Translations under genes and position numbers: made by a program | Shown: positions 1 to 10,225 of the stretch, in pieces | Layout: each line of letters opens with the position of its first letter | Position numbering within the stretch: position 1 is the stretch's first letter | Notes under the pieces: generated by a model | Told to the model about the DNA's origin: nothing | Seen by the model: only the letters and a program-made list of their open reading frames with translations | Databases searched by the model: none | Sequence record: PZ445511.1 | Origin: a phage | DNA: 64,000 bases | Reading direction: 5' to 3' (one strand)

Positions 1-1317
1 ATGAAAGTCTCTAGAGACTATATTAACACCACAGATGTTATTGACTTTGGTATTGACAAACGATTCTTTCGTCTACCAGTCTCTAGCATCCTAGCACAAG
101 AGGGAATTACACCTAATGCCCCTCAAATTGCAATTATTAATGCGTTGGAAGACCCAAGACACCGTTTCGTGACCGCATGTGTATCACGTCGTGTAGGTAA
201 GTCATTCATCGCATATACACTTGGGTTCCTGAAGCTTCTGGAGCCTAATGTGAAAGTGCTAGTAGTTGCACCTAACTACTCACTGGCTAACATCGGTTGG
301 TCTCAGATTCGTGGTCTTATTAAGAAATATGGGCTACAGACTGAACGTGAGAACGCCAAAGATAAGGAGATTGAACTAGCGAATGGTTCTCTCTTTAAGC
401 TGGCTTCTGCGGCACAGGCTGACTCCGCGGTTGGTCGTTCGTATGACTTCATCATCTTTGACGAAGCAGCTATTTCCGATGTTGGTGGTGCAGCTTTCGA
501 TATTCAGTTACGTCCTACCCTAGATAAACCAAACTCTAAAGCTCTATTTATTTCTACACCTCGTGGTGGTAACTGGTTCAAAGAGTTCTACGAGAAAGGA
601 TTTAACGAAACGCTACCTAATTGGGTATCTATTCATGGTACATATCGTGATAACCCACGCGCTGACCTGAACGATATCGAAGAAGCACGTCGTACTGTTA
701 GTAAAAACTATTTTCGTCAAGAATATGAGGCTGATTTCTCCGTATTCGAAGGTCAGATCTTTGACACCTTCAATGCTATCGAACATGTTAAAGACCTCAA
801 GGGTATGCGTCACTTCTTTAAAGATGATGAGGCTTTCGAAACATTACTTGGTATCGACGTTGGTTATCGTGATCCTACAGCAGTTCTTACTATCAAGTAT
901 CACTATGATACTGATGTTTATTACGTATTAGAAGAGTATCAGCAGGCTGAAAAGACTACAGCTCAACACGCTGCTTACATACAGCACTGTATAGATCGTT
1001 ATAACGTTGATCGTATATTTGTAGACTCCGCTGCTGCTCAGTTCCGTCAGGACTTAGCATATGAACATGAAATCGCTTCCGCACCTGCTAAGAAATCTGT
1101 CCTAGATGGTCTGGCATGCCTACAAGCACTGTTCCAGCAAGGTAAGATTATCGTAGATGCTTCATGTACCTCATTGATCCACGCCCTAGCGAACTATAAG
1201 TGGGACTTCCAGGAAGGCGAAGAGAAATTATCACGTGAAAAACCACGTCATGATGCAAACTCTCACCTTTGTGACGCACTGCGTTATGGAATTTACTCAA
1301 TTTCCCGTGGGAAATAA
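1..1317 (+). CDS. Terminase large subunit (ATPase/nuclease); may begin at or before the window start
   Basis: 438-aa ORF directly upstream of the portal gene; T5-like gene order; nuclease-domain acidic residues near the C-terminus. Confidence 0.8.
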   Translation: MKVSRDYINTTDVIDFGIDKRFFRLPVSSILAQEGITPNAPQIAIINALEDPRHRFVTACVSRRVGKSFIAYTLGFLKLLEPNVKVLVVAPNYSLANIGWSQIRGLIKKYGLQTERENAKDKEIELANGSLFKLASAAQADSAVGRSYDFIIFDEAAISDVGGAAFDIQLRPTLDKPNSKALFISTPRGGNWFKEFYEKGFNETLPNWVSIHGTYRDNPRADLNDIEEARRTVSKNYFRQEYEADFSVFEGQIFDTFNAIEHVKDLKGMRHFFKDDEAFETLLGIDVGYRDPTAVLTIKYHYDTDVYYVLEEYQQAEKTTAQHAAYIQHCIDRYNVDRIFVDSAAAQFRQDLAYEHEIASAPAKKSVLDGLACLQALFQQGKIIVDASCTSLIHALANYKWDFQEGEEKLSREKPRHDANSHLCDALRYGIYSISRGK

Positions 1318-1431
1318 ATAAGTATAGGATGGGATACTACTCAGTTGGTATCCCATTCCTGCATTTTAAAATCCCCTTTACAAATTCGACATGATTATGT
1401 ATACTATATTCATACAGTTGAGGAGAATACT

Positions 1432-1869
1432 GTGGCAGGAAATGTAAAATATAAACGTGATGCTATATCACTCATGCGAGACGGTATAAAAAGTCAATAT
1501 AAAAAAGCCGATCGCTGCGAAATCTGTGGTTGTGGTGAAGAATTAGAGCTTCATCATTACCATACAGTGTCTCTACTAGTTAAAAAATTTGCTAAAGAAC
1601 TCCAATTGGATTTCACTGACGAAGAAACAGTCCTCTCAAATAGGACGGCATTCTATGAAAGATATAGGCATGAGCTAGTAGATGACACTGTTACCCTTTG
1701 TGTCCATCATCACCAACTATTACATAAGGTGTACACTAAGGAACCTCCCCTTTTTTCTGCTAATAAGCAGAAGGCATGGGTTCTTAAACAAAAGGAAAAG
1801 CTACAGAATCCTCAAGAAAAGACACAAGTTAAGACTGAAACTAAATCAGGATTCGCAAGGTTCTTATAA
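1432..1869 (+). CDS. HNH endonuclease (free-standing, between terminase and portal)
   Basis: CEICGCGEE...HHYH...CVHHHQLLH zinc-binding HNH motif; start placed at GTG 1432 after GAGGAG RBS (the ORF track's 1345 start lies inside a hairpin). Confidence 0.6.
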   Translation: MAGNVKYKRDAISLMRDGIKSQYKKADRCEICGCGEELELHHYHTVSLLVKKFAKELQLDFTDEETVLSNRTAFYERYRHELVDDTVTLCVHHHQLLHKVYTKEPPLFSANKQKAWVLKQKEKLQNPQEKTQVKTETKSGFARFL

Positions 1870-3086
1870 TGGGTTTAAAAAGCTGGATTACTGAAAAGCT
1901 AAATCCGGGTCAACGTATTATAAGAGACATGGAACCAGTTAGTCATCGCACTAACCGTAAGCCATTTACCACTGGACAAGCCTACAGTAAGATTGAGATT
2001 CTCAACCGAACTGCTAACATGGTTATCGATAGTGCGGCGGAGTGTTCTTATACTGTCGGAGATAAATATAATATTGTCACGTACGCTAACGGCGTCAAGG
2101 CAAAGACTCTAGACACTCTCTTAAATGTACGACCTAATCCATTCATGGATATAAGCACATTCCGTAGACTTGTAGTCACTGACCTACTTTTTGAGGGTTG
2201 TGCATACATCTATTGGGATGGCACAGCACTTTACCATGTCCCTGCTGCACTAATGCAAGTAGAGGCAGATGCCAATAAGTTTATCAAAAAATTCATATTT
2301 AATAACCAGATAGACTATCGCGTAGATGAGATTATCTTTATAAAGGATAACAGTTACGTGTGTGGCACAAACTCCCAAATTTCTGGACAATCTCGTGTTG
2401 CTACAGTTATTGACTCTCTTGAGAAGCGTTCTAAAATGCTTAACTTTAAAGAGAAGTTCCTCGATAACGGCACAGTGATTGGTCTTATTCTTGAGACGGA
2501 TGAAATCCTGAACAAGAAATTGCGTGAGCGTAAACAAGAAGAATTACAACTCGATTATAATCCTAGTACTGGTCAGTCTACTGTCCTGATTCTAGATGGT
2601 GGTATGAAAGCAAAACCGTACTCCCAAATATCCTCTTTTAAAGATCTAGACTTCAAGGAAGATATCGAAGGATTTAATAAATCCATCTGTCTTGCCTTTG
2701 GTGTTCCGCAAGTGTTACTTGATGGTGGTAATAATGCTAACATTCGACCAAACATCGAATTGTTCTATTACATGACTATCATTCCTATGCTGAACAAGCT
2801 GACTAGTTCTCTTACTTTCTTCTTTGGCTACAAGGTTACTCCTAATACTAAGGAAGTAGCTGCACTGACGCCAGATAAAGAAGCTGAGGCTAAACATTTA
2901 ACCTCTTTGGTTAATAACGGTATCATGACTGGTAACGAAGCTCGTGAAGAGCTTAACCTTGAACCTTTAGATGATGAGCAGATGAATAAGATTCGTATTC
3001 CTGCTAACGTTGCTGGTTCTGCAACAGGTGTATCTGGTCAAGAAGGTGGTAGACCGCAAGGCACTGCCGATGGGGATAAAGAATGA
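1869..3086 (+). CDS. Portal protein (T5 pb7-like)
   Basis: 405 aa, position after terminase and before protease and capsid genes; start overlaps the HNH stop by 1 nt. Confidence 0.8.
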   Translation: MGLKSWITEKLNPGQRIIRDMEPVSHRTNRKPFTTGQAYSKIEILNRTANMVIDSAAECSYTVGDKYNIVTYANGVKAKTLDTLLNVRPNPFMDISTFRRLVVTDLLFEGCAYIYWDGTALYHVPAALMQVEADANKFIKKFIFNNQIDYRVDEIIFIKDNSYVCGTNSQISGQSRVATVIDSLEKRSKMLNFKEKFLDNGTVIGLILETDEILNKKLRERKQEELQLDYNPSTGQSTVLILDGGMKAKPYSQISSFKDLDFKEDIEGFNKSICLAFGVPQVLLDGGNNANIRPNIELFYYMTIIPMLNKLTSSLTFFFGYKVTPNTKEVAALTPDKEAEAKHLTSLVNNGIMTGNEAREELNLEPLDDEQMNKIRIPANVAGSATGVSGQEGGRPQGTADGDKE

Positions 3087-3565
3087 TTGATTATGATGGT
3101 CTAAAGGCCATTTTTGGTGAAAAGCTGCCAGAATCTCATATCTTCTTTGCTACGGTTGCAGCACACAAGTTCGTTCCAAACTACGCTACTCTACGTAAAG
3201 AGTTTGGAATGACCACTGCACATACCAACCGCAAGGTTTGGAATAAGTTCAAAGAAGCATACGAAGTTACTGCTCCGGTTGTTCCGGCTCTAGCTTTCAC
3301 GAAGAATCTGGCTAAAACTCTAGCTGTTGATACTAGTGCAGCAATTAATCTGGGCGTAACAGTTACTGGTGGTACTGCACCATATACTTATGCTTGGACT
3401 AAAGACGGTTCTCCACTTAGTGGTGTTACTGGCCCTAATTTCAACAAAGCTACAGCTGCTGCAGAAGATGCTGGTACTTACAAAGTTGTTGTAACGGATA
3501 GTAAATCTACTTCTATTACTTCTAACGAGTGCGTAACAACTATCAACCCTGCGCCGGAGGCTTAA
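3083..3565 (+). CDS. Capsid decoration protein with C-terminal Ig-like domain (T5 pb10-like)
   Basis: 160 aa; C-terminal Ig-like segment (TGGTAPYTYAWTKDGSPLSG...AGTYKVVVTD); position between portal and protease. Confidence 0.5.
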   Translation: MIDYDGLKAIFGEKLPESHIFFATVAAHKFVPNYATLRKEFGMTTAHTNRKVWNKFKEAYEVTAPVVPALAFTKNLAKTLAVDTSAAINLGVTVTGGTAPYTYAWTKDGSPLSGVTGPNFNKATAAAEDAGTYKVVVTDSKSTSITSNECVTTINPAPEA

Positions 3566-3568
3566 TAA

Positions 3569-4201
3569 ATGACAAATGCTGCTATTGACTATAACAAGTT
3601 AAAATCAGCACCGGTTCATTTAGACGCTTACATTAAGTCTATTGATAGCGAATCCAAAGAGGGTGTTATAAAAATCCGTGGATTCGCTAATACAATTAGT
3701 AAAGATCGTGCTGGTGACGTAATTCCTGCTTCGGCATGGAAAACGTCTAATGCACTTGCTAACTACATGAAAAACCCGATTATTCTTTTCGGCCACGACC
3801 ATCGTCGTCCAATCGGCAAGTGTATTGATCTTAACCCTACTGAAATGGGTCTCGAAATTGAATGCGAGATTTATGAAAGTTCTGATCCAGCTATCTTCTC
3901 ACTAATTAAAAACGGTGTACTGAAAACCTTCAGTATCGGATTCCGCTGCCTAGACGCAGAATGGGATGAAGCTACTGACATATTTATTATTAAAGATTTA
4001 GAACTATACGAAGTTTCGGTAGTTTCTGTACCTTGTAATCAGGACTCAACGTTCAACCTCGCTAAGAGTATGAATGGCCACGATTACACTGAATGGCGCA
4101 AATCTTTTACTGCAACAAGTTCTAAGGCTGTCCCAGCTCAAGAACGTAATCTTTCTGAACTAGAAAAACTTGCGATAGCTTTAGGCTACGTTAAAGAATA
4201 A
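3569..4201 (+). CDS. Prohead maturation protease (T5 pb11-like)
   Basis: 210 aa, immediately upstream of the major capsid gene; size and position match the T5 prohead protease. Confidence 0.7.
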   Translation: MTNAAIDYNKLKSAPVHLDAYIKSIDSESKEGVIKIRGFANTISKDRAGDVIPASAWKTSNALANYMKNPIILFGHDHRRPIGKCIDLNPTEMGLEIECEIYESSDPAIFSLIKNGVLKTFSIGFRCLDAEWDEATDIFIIKDLELYEVSVVSVPCNQDSTFNLAKSMNGHDYTEWRKSFTATSSKAVPAQERNLSELEKLAIALGYVKE

Positions 4202-4218
4202 CGGAGAATTATTTAAAA

Positions 4219-5595
4219 ATGACTATTGATATTAATAAGCTGAAGGAAGAACTTGGTCTGGGTGATCTGGCTAAATCTCTGGAAGGTCTGACTGCTGCTC
4301 AGAAAGCTGCGGAAGCTAAGCGTCTGCGTGAAGAGCAGGAAGAAAAAGAACTGGCTCGTATGAACGACCTAGTATCTAAAGCTGTTGGTGAAGACCGTAA
4401 GCGTCTGGAAGAAGCTCTGGATCTGGTTAAGAACCTGGACGAGAAGTCTAAGAAGAGCGCAGAACTGTTTGCACAGACTGTAGAAAAGCAACAGGAAACC
4501 ATCGTTGGTCTTCAGGACGAAATCAAGTCTCTGTTGGCAGCTCGTGAAGGTCGTTCCTTCGTTGGTGATAGCGTAGCTAAAGCTCTTTATGGCACTCAGG
4601 ATGCTTTCGAAGATGAAGTTGAGAAACTGGTTCTTCTGTCTTATATGATGGAGAAGGACGTATTCGAAACTGAACATGGTAAGGCTCACGTTAAAGCTGT
4701 TAACGGTTCTTCTTCCGTTTCCATGTCTAGCGAAGCATACGAAACTATCTTCTCTACCCGTATTATCCGTGACCTGCAGAAGGAACTGGTAGTTGGTGCA
4801 CTATTCGATGAACTGCCAATGTCCAGCAAAATCCTTACTATGCTCGTTGAACCAGAAGCTGGTCGTGCTACTTGGGTAGATGCTTCCAAATTCGGTACTG
4901 ACGAAACTGTTGGTGACGAAGTTAAAGGTCAACTGACTGAAATCAGCTTCAAAACTTACAAGCTGGCTGCTAAGTCCTTCATCACTGATGAAACTGAAGA
5001 AGATGCAATCTTCTCCCTGCTGCCTCTACTGCGTAAGCGTCTGATCGAAGCACACGCTGTTTCTATCGAAGAAGCTTTCATGTCCGGTAATGGTACTGGT
5101 CAGCCTAAGGGTCTGCTGAAACTGGCTGCTGATGATGGTGCTAAGGTTGTTACCGAAGCTAAAGCTGACGGTTCTGTTCTGGTAACTGCTAAGACTATCT
5201 CTAAGCTGCGTCGTAAACTGGGCCGTCACGGTCTGAAACTGAGCAAACTGGTACTGATCGTATCTATGGATGCTTACTACGATCTGCTGGAAGATGAAGA
5301 ATGGCAGGATGTTGCCCAGGTTGGTAACGATGCTGTTAAACTGCAGGGTCAGGTTGGTCGTATTTACGGTCTGCCGGTTGTAGTTTCTGAGTACTTCCCA
5401 GCTAAAGCTGCTTCCGCTGAATTCGCAGTTATTGTTTATAAAGATAACTTCGTAATGCCGCGTCAGCGTGCCGTTACTGTTGAACGTGAGCGCCAAGCTG
5501 GCAAACAGCGTGACGCATACTACGTTACCCAGCGTGTTAACCTGCAACGTTACTTCGAAAACGGCGTTGTATCTGGTGCTTACGCTGCATCTTAA
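4219..5595 (+). CDS. Major capsid protein precursor with N-terminal scaffolding (delta) domain (T5 pb8-like)
   Basis: 458 aa; coiled-coil-rich N-terminal ~160 aa followed by HK97-like body; high-expression codon usage; followed by a tetraloop terminator. Confidence 0.85.
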   Translation: MTIDINKLKEELGLGDLAKSLEGLTAAQKAAEAKRLREEQEEKELARMNDLVSKAVGEDRKRLEEALDLVKNLDEKSKKSAELFAQTVEKQQETIVGLQDEIKSLLAAREGRSFVGDSVAKALYGTQDAFEDEVEKLVLLSYMMEKDVFETEHGKAHVKAVNGSSSVSMSSEAYETIFSTRIIRDLQKELVVGALFDELPMSSKILTMLVEPEAGRATWVDASKFGTDETVGDEVKGQLTEISFKTYKLAAKSFITDETEEDAIFSLLPLLRKRLIEAHAVSIEEAFMSGNGTGQPKGLLKLAADDGAKVVTEAKADGSVLVTAKTISKLRRKLGRHGLKLSKLVLIVSMDAYYDLLEDEEWQDVAQVGNDAVKLQGQVGRIYGLPVVVSEYFPAKAASAEFAVIVYKDNFVMPRQRAVTVERERQAGKQRDAYYVTQRVNLQRYFENGVVSGAYAAS

Positions 5596-5616
5596 TACAG
5601 GCTTTTCAGCCGATAA

Positions 5617-5641
5617 GGAGAGCTTCGGCTCTCCTTTTTTA
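5617..5641 (+). terminator. Rho-independent terminator after the major capsid gene
   Basis: GGAGAGC-TTCG-GCTCTCC hairpin followed by a T6 run. Confidence 0.7.
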
Positions 5642-5654
5642 TTGGGAAAAATAA

Positions 5655-6167
5655 ATGCAAATCATCACTGTTGAAGATTATAAACTATATGGGAACTTAA
5701 AACGTCCTGATATGGAAACTCAGGTTGAGATGATGATTAAAGCTGCCAATACGCTGATTACAAGCCTTCTAGGTATGGATGATGCAGACGCGGTAGATCA
5801 ATTAATCACCACAAAACCTAGCCGTAGGAAATATTTTCTGAGTTCCCCCTCAGCCACATCTATTACAAAGATGACTATTAACGAGAAAGAAATAGACCCG
5901 GAACAGTTTAAACTGTATCCTGATGGTGTTATTCTTCTTAAGTTTAATCCTCCTGAAGGGTATATGGATGTAGAGTATACTCAAGGTGGTTTCAATCCAA
6001 TGCCTGAAGATCTTAAACTGGCAGCATGTCTGTTAGTAGACCACTGGCATAAGCAAGATTATCGTCAAGCCAAGACTATTGGTGGTGAGACAGTTACGTT
6101 TAACAATACTAAGTCTGGTATTCCAGAGCATATTCGTACAATCATCGAAGTCTACAGGAGAGTATAA
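5655..6167 (+). CDS. Head completion / head-tail adaptor protein (T5 p144-like)
   Basis: 170 aa; position directly after the capsid gene in T5-like order. Confidence 0.45.
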   Translation: MQIITVEDYKLYGNLKRPDMETQVEMMIKAANTLITSLLGMDDADAVDQLITTKPSRRKYFLSSPSATSITKMTINEKEIDPEQFKLYPDGVILLKFNPPEGYMDVEYTQGGFNPMPEDLKLAACLLVDHWHKQDYRQAKTIGGETVTFNNTKSGIPEHIRTIIEVYRRV

Positions 6168-6934
6168 TGGCTCTTTCTGATCTAGCTAGACAAATTATTA
6201 AAGAGCAGCTAGATACTGCAGGACGATCTGAGAATAATAAGAATACTGTTGTGTATACAGTTGAGACAGGTTTGAAAGATCCTACAAGAGATGGTACAGT
6301 TGCACAGGTATCTTTCAAATTCTCAAAACCAGTATCTCAAGACTTATTAAATGTTAGGACAGCATCTATACTGAAGGCTGTTTCTTCTAATTTAGATCTT
6401 TCTGGTGATTTAGGCGCTCTAGAGAATTTAATTCAAGCAACAGCAGGTAAACGTTCTGCTGTTGGTAAAAAACGTTCTACCGGTAGAGTTCAGGTAAACT
6501 TTGGAGATCCTAGAGATACTGAAGATGGCTATTCTGGTGTAGTAACAGGTGCTTCCGGTCGTTTCGTATCGAACAGTAACATGCGTGCTATTCTTGAGAT
6601 AGTTGCTAAGGAATATTTAATCAAGGATATGAAAAAAGCAGGGGCACCATTGAAGTTCAGAACTGGTCGCTTTGCTAACTCCTTAAAGATTAAAGACGTT
6701 ATGCTACGTGATGCAGAAACTAGTAAAGGTGCTCCAGAGCTGAATGTGACGTATAACTATATGGTTCGTCCTTACTCTGTGTTCAACCCCGCAGTTTCTA
6801 CATATCGAAGACTTTCTCTACGACCTTACCCTGGCGCTCGAAACCCTCAAAAACTTATTGGGGAGGCAATCGCAAAAGCTGCAAGAGACCTGATTCACTC
6901 TAGATATAAAATCAAGGTTAATCAAGGAACCTAA
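6167..6934 (+). CDS. Head completion / neck protein (T5 p143-like)
   Basis: 255 aa; start overlaps previous stop (ATGA-type coupling); position. Confidence 0.4.
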   Translation: MALSDLARQIIKEQLDTAGRSENNKNTVVYTVETGLKDPTRDGTVAQVSFKFSKPVSQDLLNVRTASILKAVSSNLDLSGDLGALENLIQATAGKRSAVGKKRSTGRVQVNFGDPRDTEDGYSGVVTGASGRFVSNSNMRAILEIVAKEYLIKDMKKAGAPLKFRTGRFANSLKIKDVMLRDAETSKGAPELNVTYNYMVRPYSVFNPAVSTYRRLSLRPYPGARNPQKLIGEAIAKAARDLIHSRYKIKVNQGT

Positions 6935-6937
6935 TAA

Positions 6938-7423
6938 ATGGATCACAGAACAAGTATTGCACAAGCAGTGGTTGACCGAATCGCCACACAAATGGATGGT
7001 TCACAACCTGACGAGTATTTCAATAACCTTTATGGAAACGTTTCTCGTCAAACTTATAAATTCGAGGAAATCCGAGAATTTCCTTTCGTGGCAGTTCATA
7101 TCGGAACTGAAACTGGGCAGTATCTTCCTTCAGGCCAACAGTGGATGTTTTTAGAACTTCCAATCCTCGTGTATGACAAAGAGAAAACAGATATTCAAGA
7201 GCAACTTGAAAAACTCGTAGCTGACATAAAAACCGTCATTGACACAGGTGGAAATTTAGAATATACTGTTAGTAAACCTAATGGATCGACCTTCCCATGT
7301 GAGGCAACTGATATGAGCATCACCTCAGTAGCTACAGATGAGGGTCTACTGGCCCCATATGGTTTAGCGGAAATAAATGTAACAGTGAGGTATCAGCCAC
7401 CTCGTAGGGCACTTCGCAGATAA
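6938..7423 (+). CDS. Tail terminator / tail completion protein (T5 p142-like)
   Basis: 161 aa, immediately upstream of the tail tube gene. Confidence 0.45.
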   Translation: MDHRTSIAQAVVDRIATQMDGSQPDEYFNNLYGNVSRQTYKFEEIREFPFVAVHIGTETGQYLPSGQQWMFLELPILVYDKEKTDIQEQLEKLVADIKTVIDTGGNLEYTVSKPNGSTFPCEATDMSITSVATDEGLLAPYGLAEINVTVRYQPPRRALRR

Positions 7424-7449
7424 GTTACAGATTAGGAGAATATAAATAA

Positions 7450-8859
7450 ATGTCTTTACAACTATTACGTAATACTCGAATCTTCGTGTCTACGGTTAAG
7501 ACTGGTCACGATAAGACCAACACGCAAGAGATTCTAGTTCAAGATGATATTTCTTGGGGTCAGGACAGTAACTCAACCGATATTACTGTTAACGAAGCTG
7601 GTCCGCGTCCAACTCGTGGTTCAAAACGTTTCAACGACTCCCTGAATGCAGCTGAGTGGAGTTTCTCTACTTACATCCTGCCTTACTTAGATAAGACTAC
7701 TAGTAAGCAGATCGTTCCGGACTACATGCTGTGGCATGCTCTTTCTAGTGGTAAGCCTATCAACCTAGATGGTGATACAGGTGCTCACACTAACGAAACT
7801 AACTTCATGGTTAACTTTAAGGATAACGCATACCACGAGCTGGCAATGCTACATATTTACATCCTTACTGATAAAGCATGGAGCTACATCGATTCCTGTC
7901 AGATCAACCAGGCTGAAGTAAACGTTGATATCGAAGATATCGGTCGTGTAACTTGGTCAGGTAATGGTAACCAGCTGATCCCTCTGGACGCTGCTCCCTT
8001 TGATCCTGATACTGTGGGTATTGATGATGAAACTTACATGACTATCCAGGGTTCTTACATCAAGAACAAACTGACTATCCTCAAAATTAAGGATATGGAT
8101 ACTGGTAAGGCATATGACATTCCGATCACTGGTGGTAGCTTTACAATTAACAACAACATCACCTATCTGACTCCTAACGTCATGTCCCGTGTTAACATCC
8201 CAATCGGTTCATTTACTGGTGCATTCGAATTAACTGGTTCTCTGACCGCTTATCTTAACGATAAAGCTCTAGGTTCTATGGATCTGTATAAAGATCTGAT
8301 TAAGACCCTGAAGGTAGTTAACCGTTTCGAAATCGCTCTAGTACTTGGCGGTGAATATGATGATGAGCGCCCAGCCGCTGTTCTAGTTGCTAAGCAAGCT
8401 CACGTTAACATCCCAACTATTGAGACTGACGATGTACTTGGTACTTCTGTAGAGTTCAAAGCAATTCCTACTGATCTGGATACTGGTGATGAAGGTTATC
8501 TTGGTTTCTCTAATAAGTACACCAAAACTACTATTGCAAATCTGATTGCAACTGGTGACGGTGGTAAAGCAGCTCCGGTTAAGGTAACAGGTATTACTGT
8601 TAAATCTGCGGGCGATGCAACTTCCGTTGAGAATAGCGCAACTCTTCAGATGACTGTAGACGTTTTACCTGCTGAAGCTACTAATAAGGAAGTAACTTGG
8701 TCTATTTCCTCTGGTACTGCTGCTACTATTGATGCAACTTCTGGTTTACTGACCGCTGATGCTTCTAAGACTGGTGCAGTTACTGTGAAAGCTGTAGCTA
8801 AAGATGGTTCTGGTGTAGAAGGTACTAAGAGCATTACAGTTACTGCTTCTGGTGGCTAA
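7450..8859 (+). CDS. Major tail tube protein with C-terminal Ig-like (Big_2) domain (T5 pb6-like)
   Basis: 469 aa; C-terminal Big_2-like segment (VTGITVKSAGDAT...VTVKAVAKDGSG); position before chaperones and tape measure. Confidence 0.8.
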   Translation: MSLQLLRNTRIFVSTVKTGHDKTNTQEILVQDDISWGQDSNSTDITVNEAGPRPTRGSKRFNDSLNAAEWSFSTYILPYLDKTTSKQIVPDYMLWHALSSGKPINLDGDTGAHTNETNFMVNFKDNAYHELAMLHIYILTDKAWSYIDSCQINQAEVNVDIEDIGRVTWSGNGNQLIPLDAAPFDPDTVGIDDETYMTIQGSYIKNKLTILKIKDMDTGKAYDIPITGGSFTINNNITYLTPNVMSRVNIPIGSFTGAFELTGSLTAYLNDKALGSMDLYKDLIKTLKVVNRFEIALVLGGEYDDERPAAVLVAKQAHVNIPTIETDDVLGTSVEFKAIPTDLDTGDEGYLGFSNKYTKTTIANLIATGDGGKAAPVKVTGITVKSAGDATSVENSATLQMTVDVLPAEATNKEVTWSISSGTAATIDATSGLLTADASKTGAVTVKAVAKDGSGVEGTKSITVTASGG

Positions 8860-8863
8860 TTAA

Positions 8864-9763
8864 ATGTACTACTCTCTAATGCGAGAGTCAAAAGTTATAG
8901 TTGAGTACGATGGCAGGGCTTATCATTTTGATGCCCTGTCAAATTACGATATCAATACGTCCTATGAGGAATTTAAAACTCTTCGTAGGACTATCCATCG
9001 TAGAACCAACTATGCTGACTCTATTATTAATGCACAAACTCCATCTTCAATATCACTGGCTATAAATTTTAGTAATACCCTTACTGAAGCTAACTTCTTT
9101 GAATGGATGGGCTTTGACCGAGAGGGTAACACATTCTTACTACCACTTTATAGTACAAATATTGAGCCAACAATGTTTAATATATACATAGTTAATAAAG
9201 ATAATAACTGTGTATACTTTGAGAATTGCTATGTATCTACTGTAGACTTTTCTCTAGATAAAAGCGTTCCTATCCTAAACGTAGGAATTGAATCTGGTAA
9301 GTTCTCTGAGGTGTCTACTTTTACTCCTGCTGGTTCTATTGTTCAGGGTGAAGTTATGTCATATAGTCCTCCTAGAGTATCTACCAACAGTAATGTTTTA
9401 CCAGCTCTTTTATCCGCTTCTATGTCATTCCAGCAACAATGTTCTTGGAGAGAAGATAAAAGCGTATTTGACATAAACAAAATATATAATAATAATAGAG
9501 CTTATGTTAATGAAATGAATGCTTCGGCAACAATTGCATTTTACTACACCAAGCGATTTGCTGGTGATATATTTTATAATATTGAACCCGAAACTGACAT
9601 ACCATTAACCATCAGAAATGAACATATTTCGATTGATTTTCCTTCAGCACGTATAACAAAACGCCTACAATTCTCGGATATATACAGAGTTGAATGGGAT
9701 GTAATCCCTACTGCAGACTCTGATCCGGTAATAATCGACTTCTTTGGAGAAATAAAGAAATGA
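8864..9763 (+). CDS. Minor tail protein (T5 p140-like)
   Basis: 299 aa between tail tube and chaperone genes. Confidence 0.45.
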   Translation: MYYSLMRESKVIVEYDGRAYHFDALSNYDINTSYEEFKTLRRTIHRRTNYADSIINAQTPSSISLAINFSNTLTEANFFEWMGFDREGNTFLLPLYSTNIEPTMFNIYIVNKDNNCVYFENCYVSTVDFSLDKSVPILNVGIESGKFSEVSTFTPAGSIVQGEVMSYSPPRVSTNSNVLPALLSASMSFQQQCSWREDKSVFDINKIYNNNRAYVNEMNASATIAFYYTKRFAGDIFYNIEPETDIPLTIRNEHISIDFPSARITKRLQFSDIYRVEWDVIPTADSDPVIIDFFGEIKK

Positions 9764-10164
9764 TCAATTTAAAAGATATTACCCTTGAAACTCGTACTAT
9801 TGAGCTGGCTTACCCAGGTATGCCTAACTTCAAGCTGCAACTGAACTACATGTCTCGTGCTGCATCTAAGCGTGTTATCTCTTCCGCTAAGCGTGATGAG
9901 TGGGTTAACGGTACTATGATTCAGGTTCAGGATGATGATAAGTTTATTGAAGCTTTCGTTGATACTGCAATTGCTGGCTGGACTGGCTTGACGATTGGAG
10001 ATGTTGAGAAGCTGATGCTTATCGAAACTGAAGCTGATCCTACTACTGAAGTTCCATTTAGCCGCGATAATGCTATCATGCTTATGCAGAACTCTGCTGC
10101 GTTTGATTCTTGGATCAACCAGACAGTGTTCCACTTAGACACTTTTCGTAGCTCAAAAGCGTAA
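9760..10164 (+). CDS. Tail assembly chaperone
   Basis: 134-aa acidic protein directly upstream of the tape measure gene. Confidence 0.45.
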   Translation: MINLKDITLETRTIELAYPGMPNFKLQLNYMSRAASKRVISSAKRDEWVNGTMIQVQDDDKFIEAFVDTAIAGWTGLTIGDVEKLMLIETEADPTTEVPFSRDNAIMLMQNSAAFDSWINQTVFHLDTFRSSKA

Positions 10165-10225
10165 GCAGTTACTAGATGCTGTTGCCGATTTTGCTGATAA
10201 ATGCATTAAATCCTCAGCATCTAAA

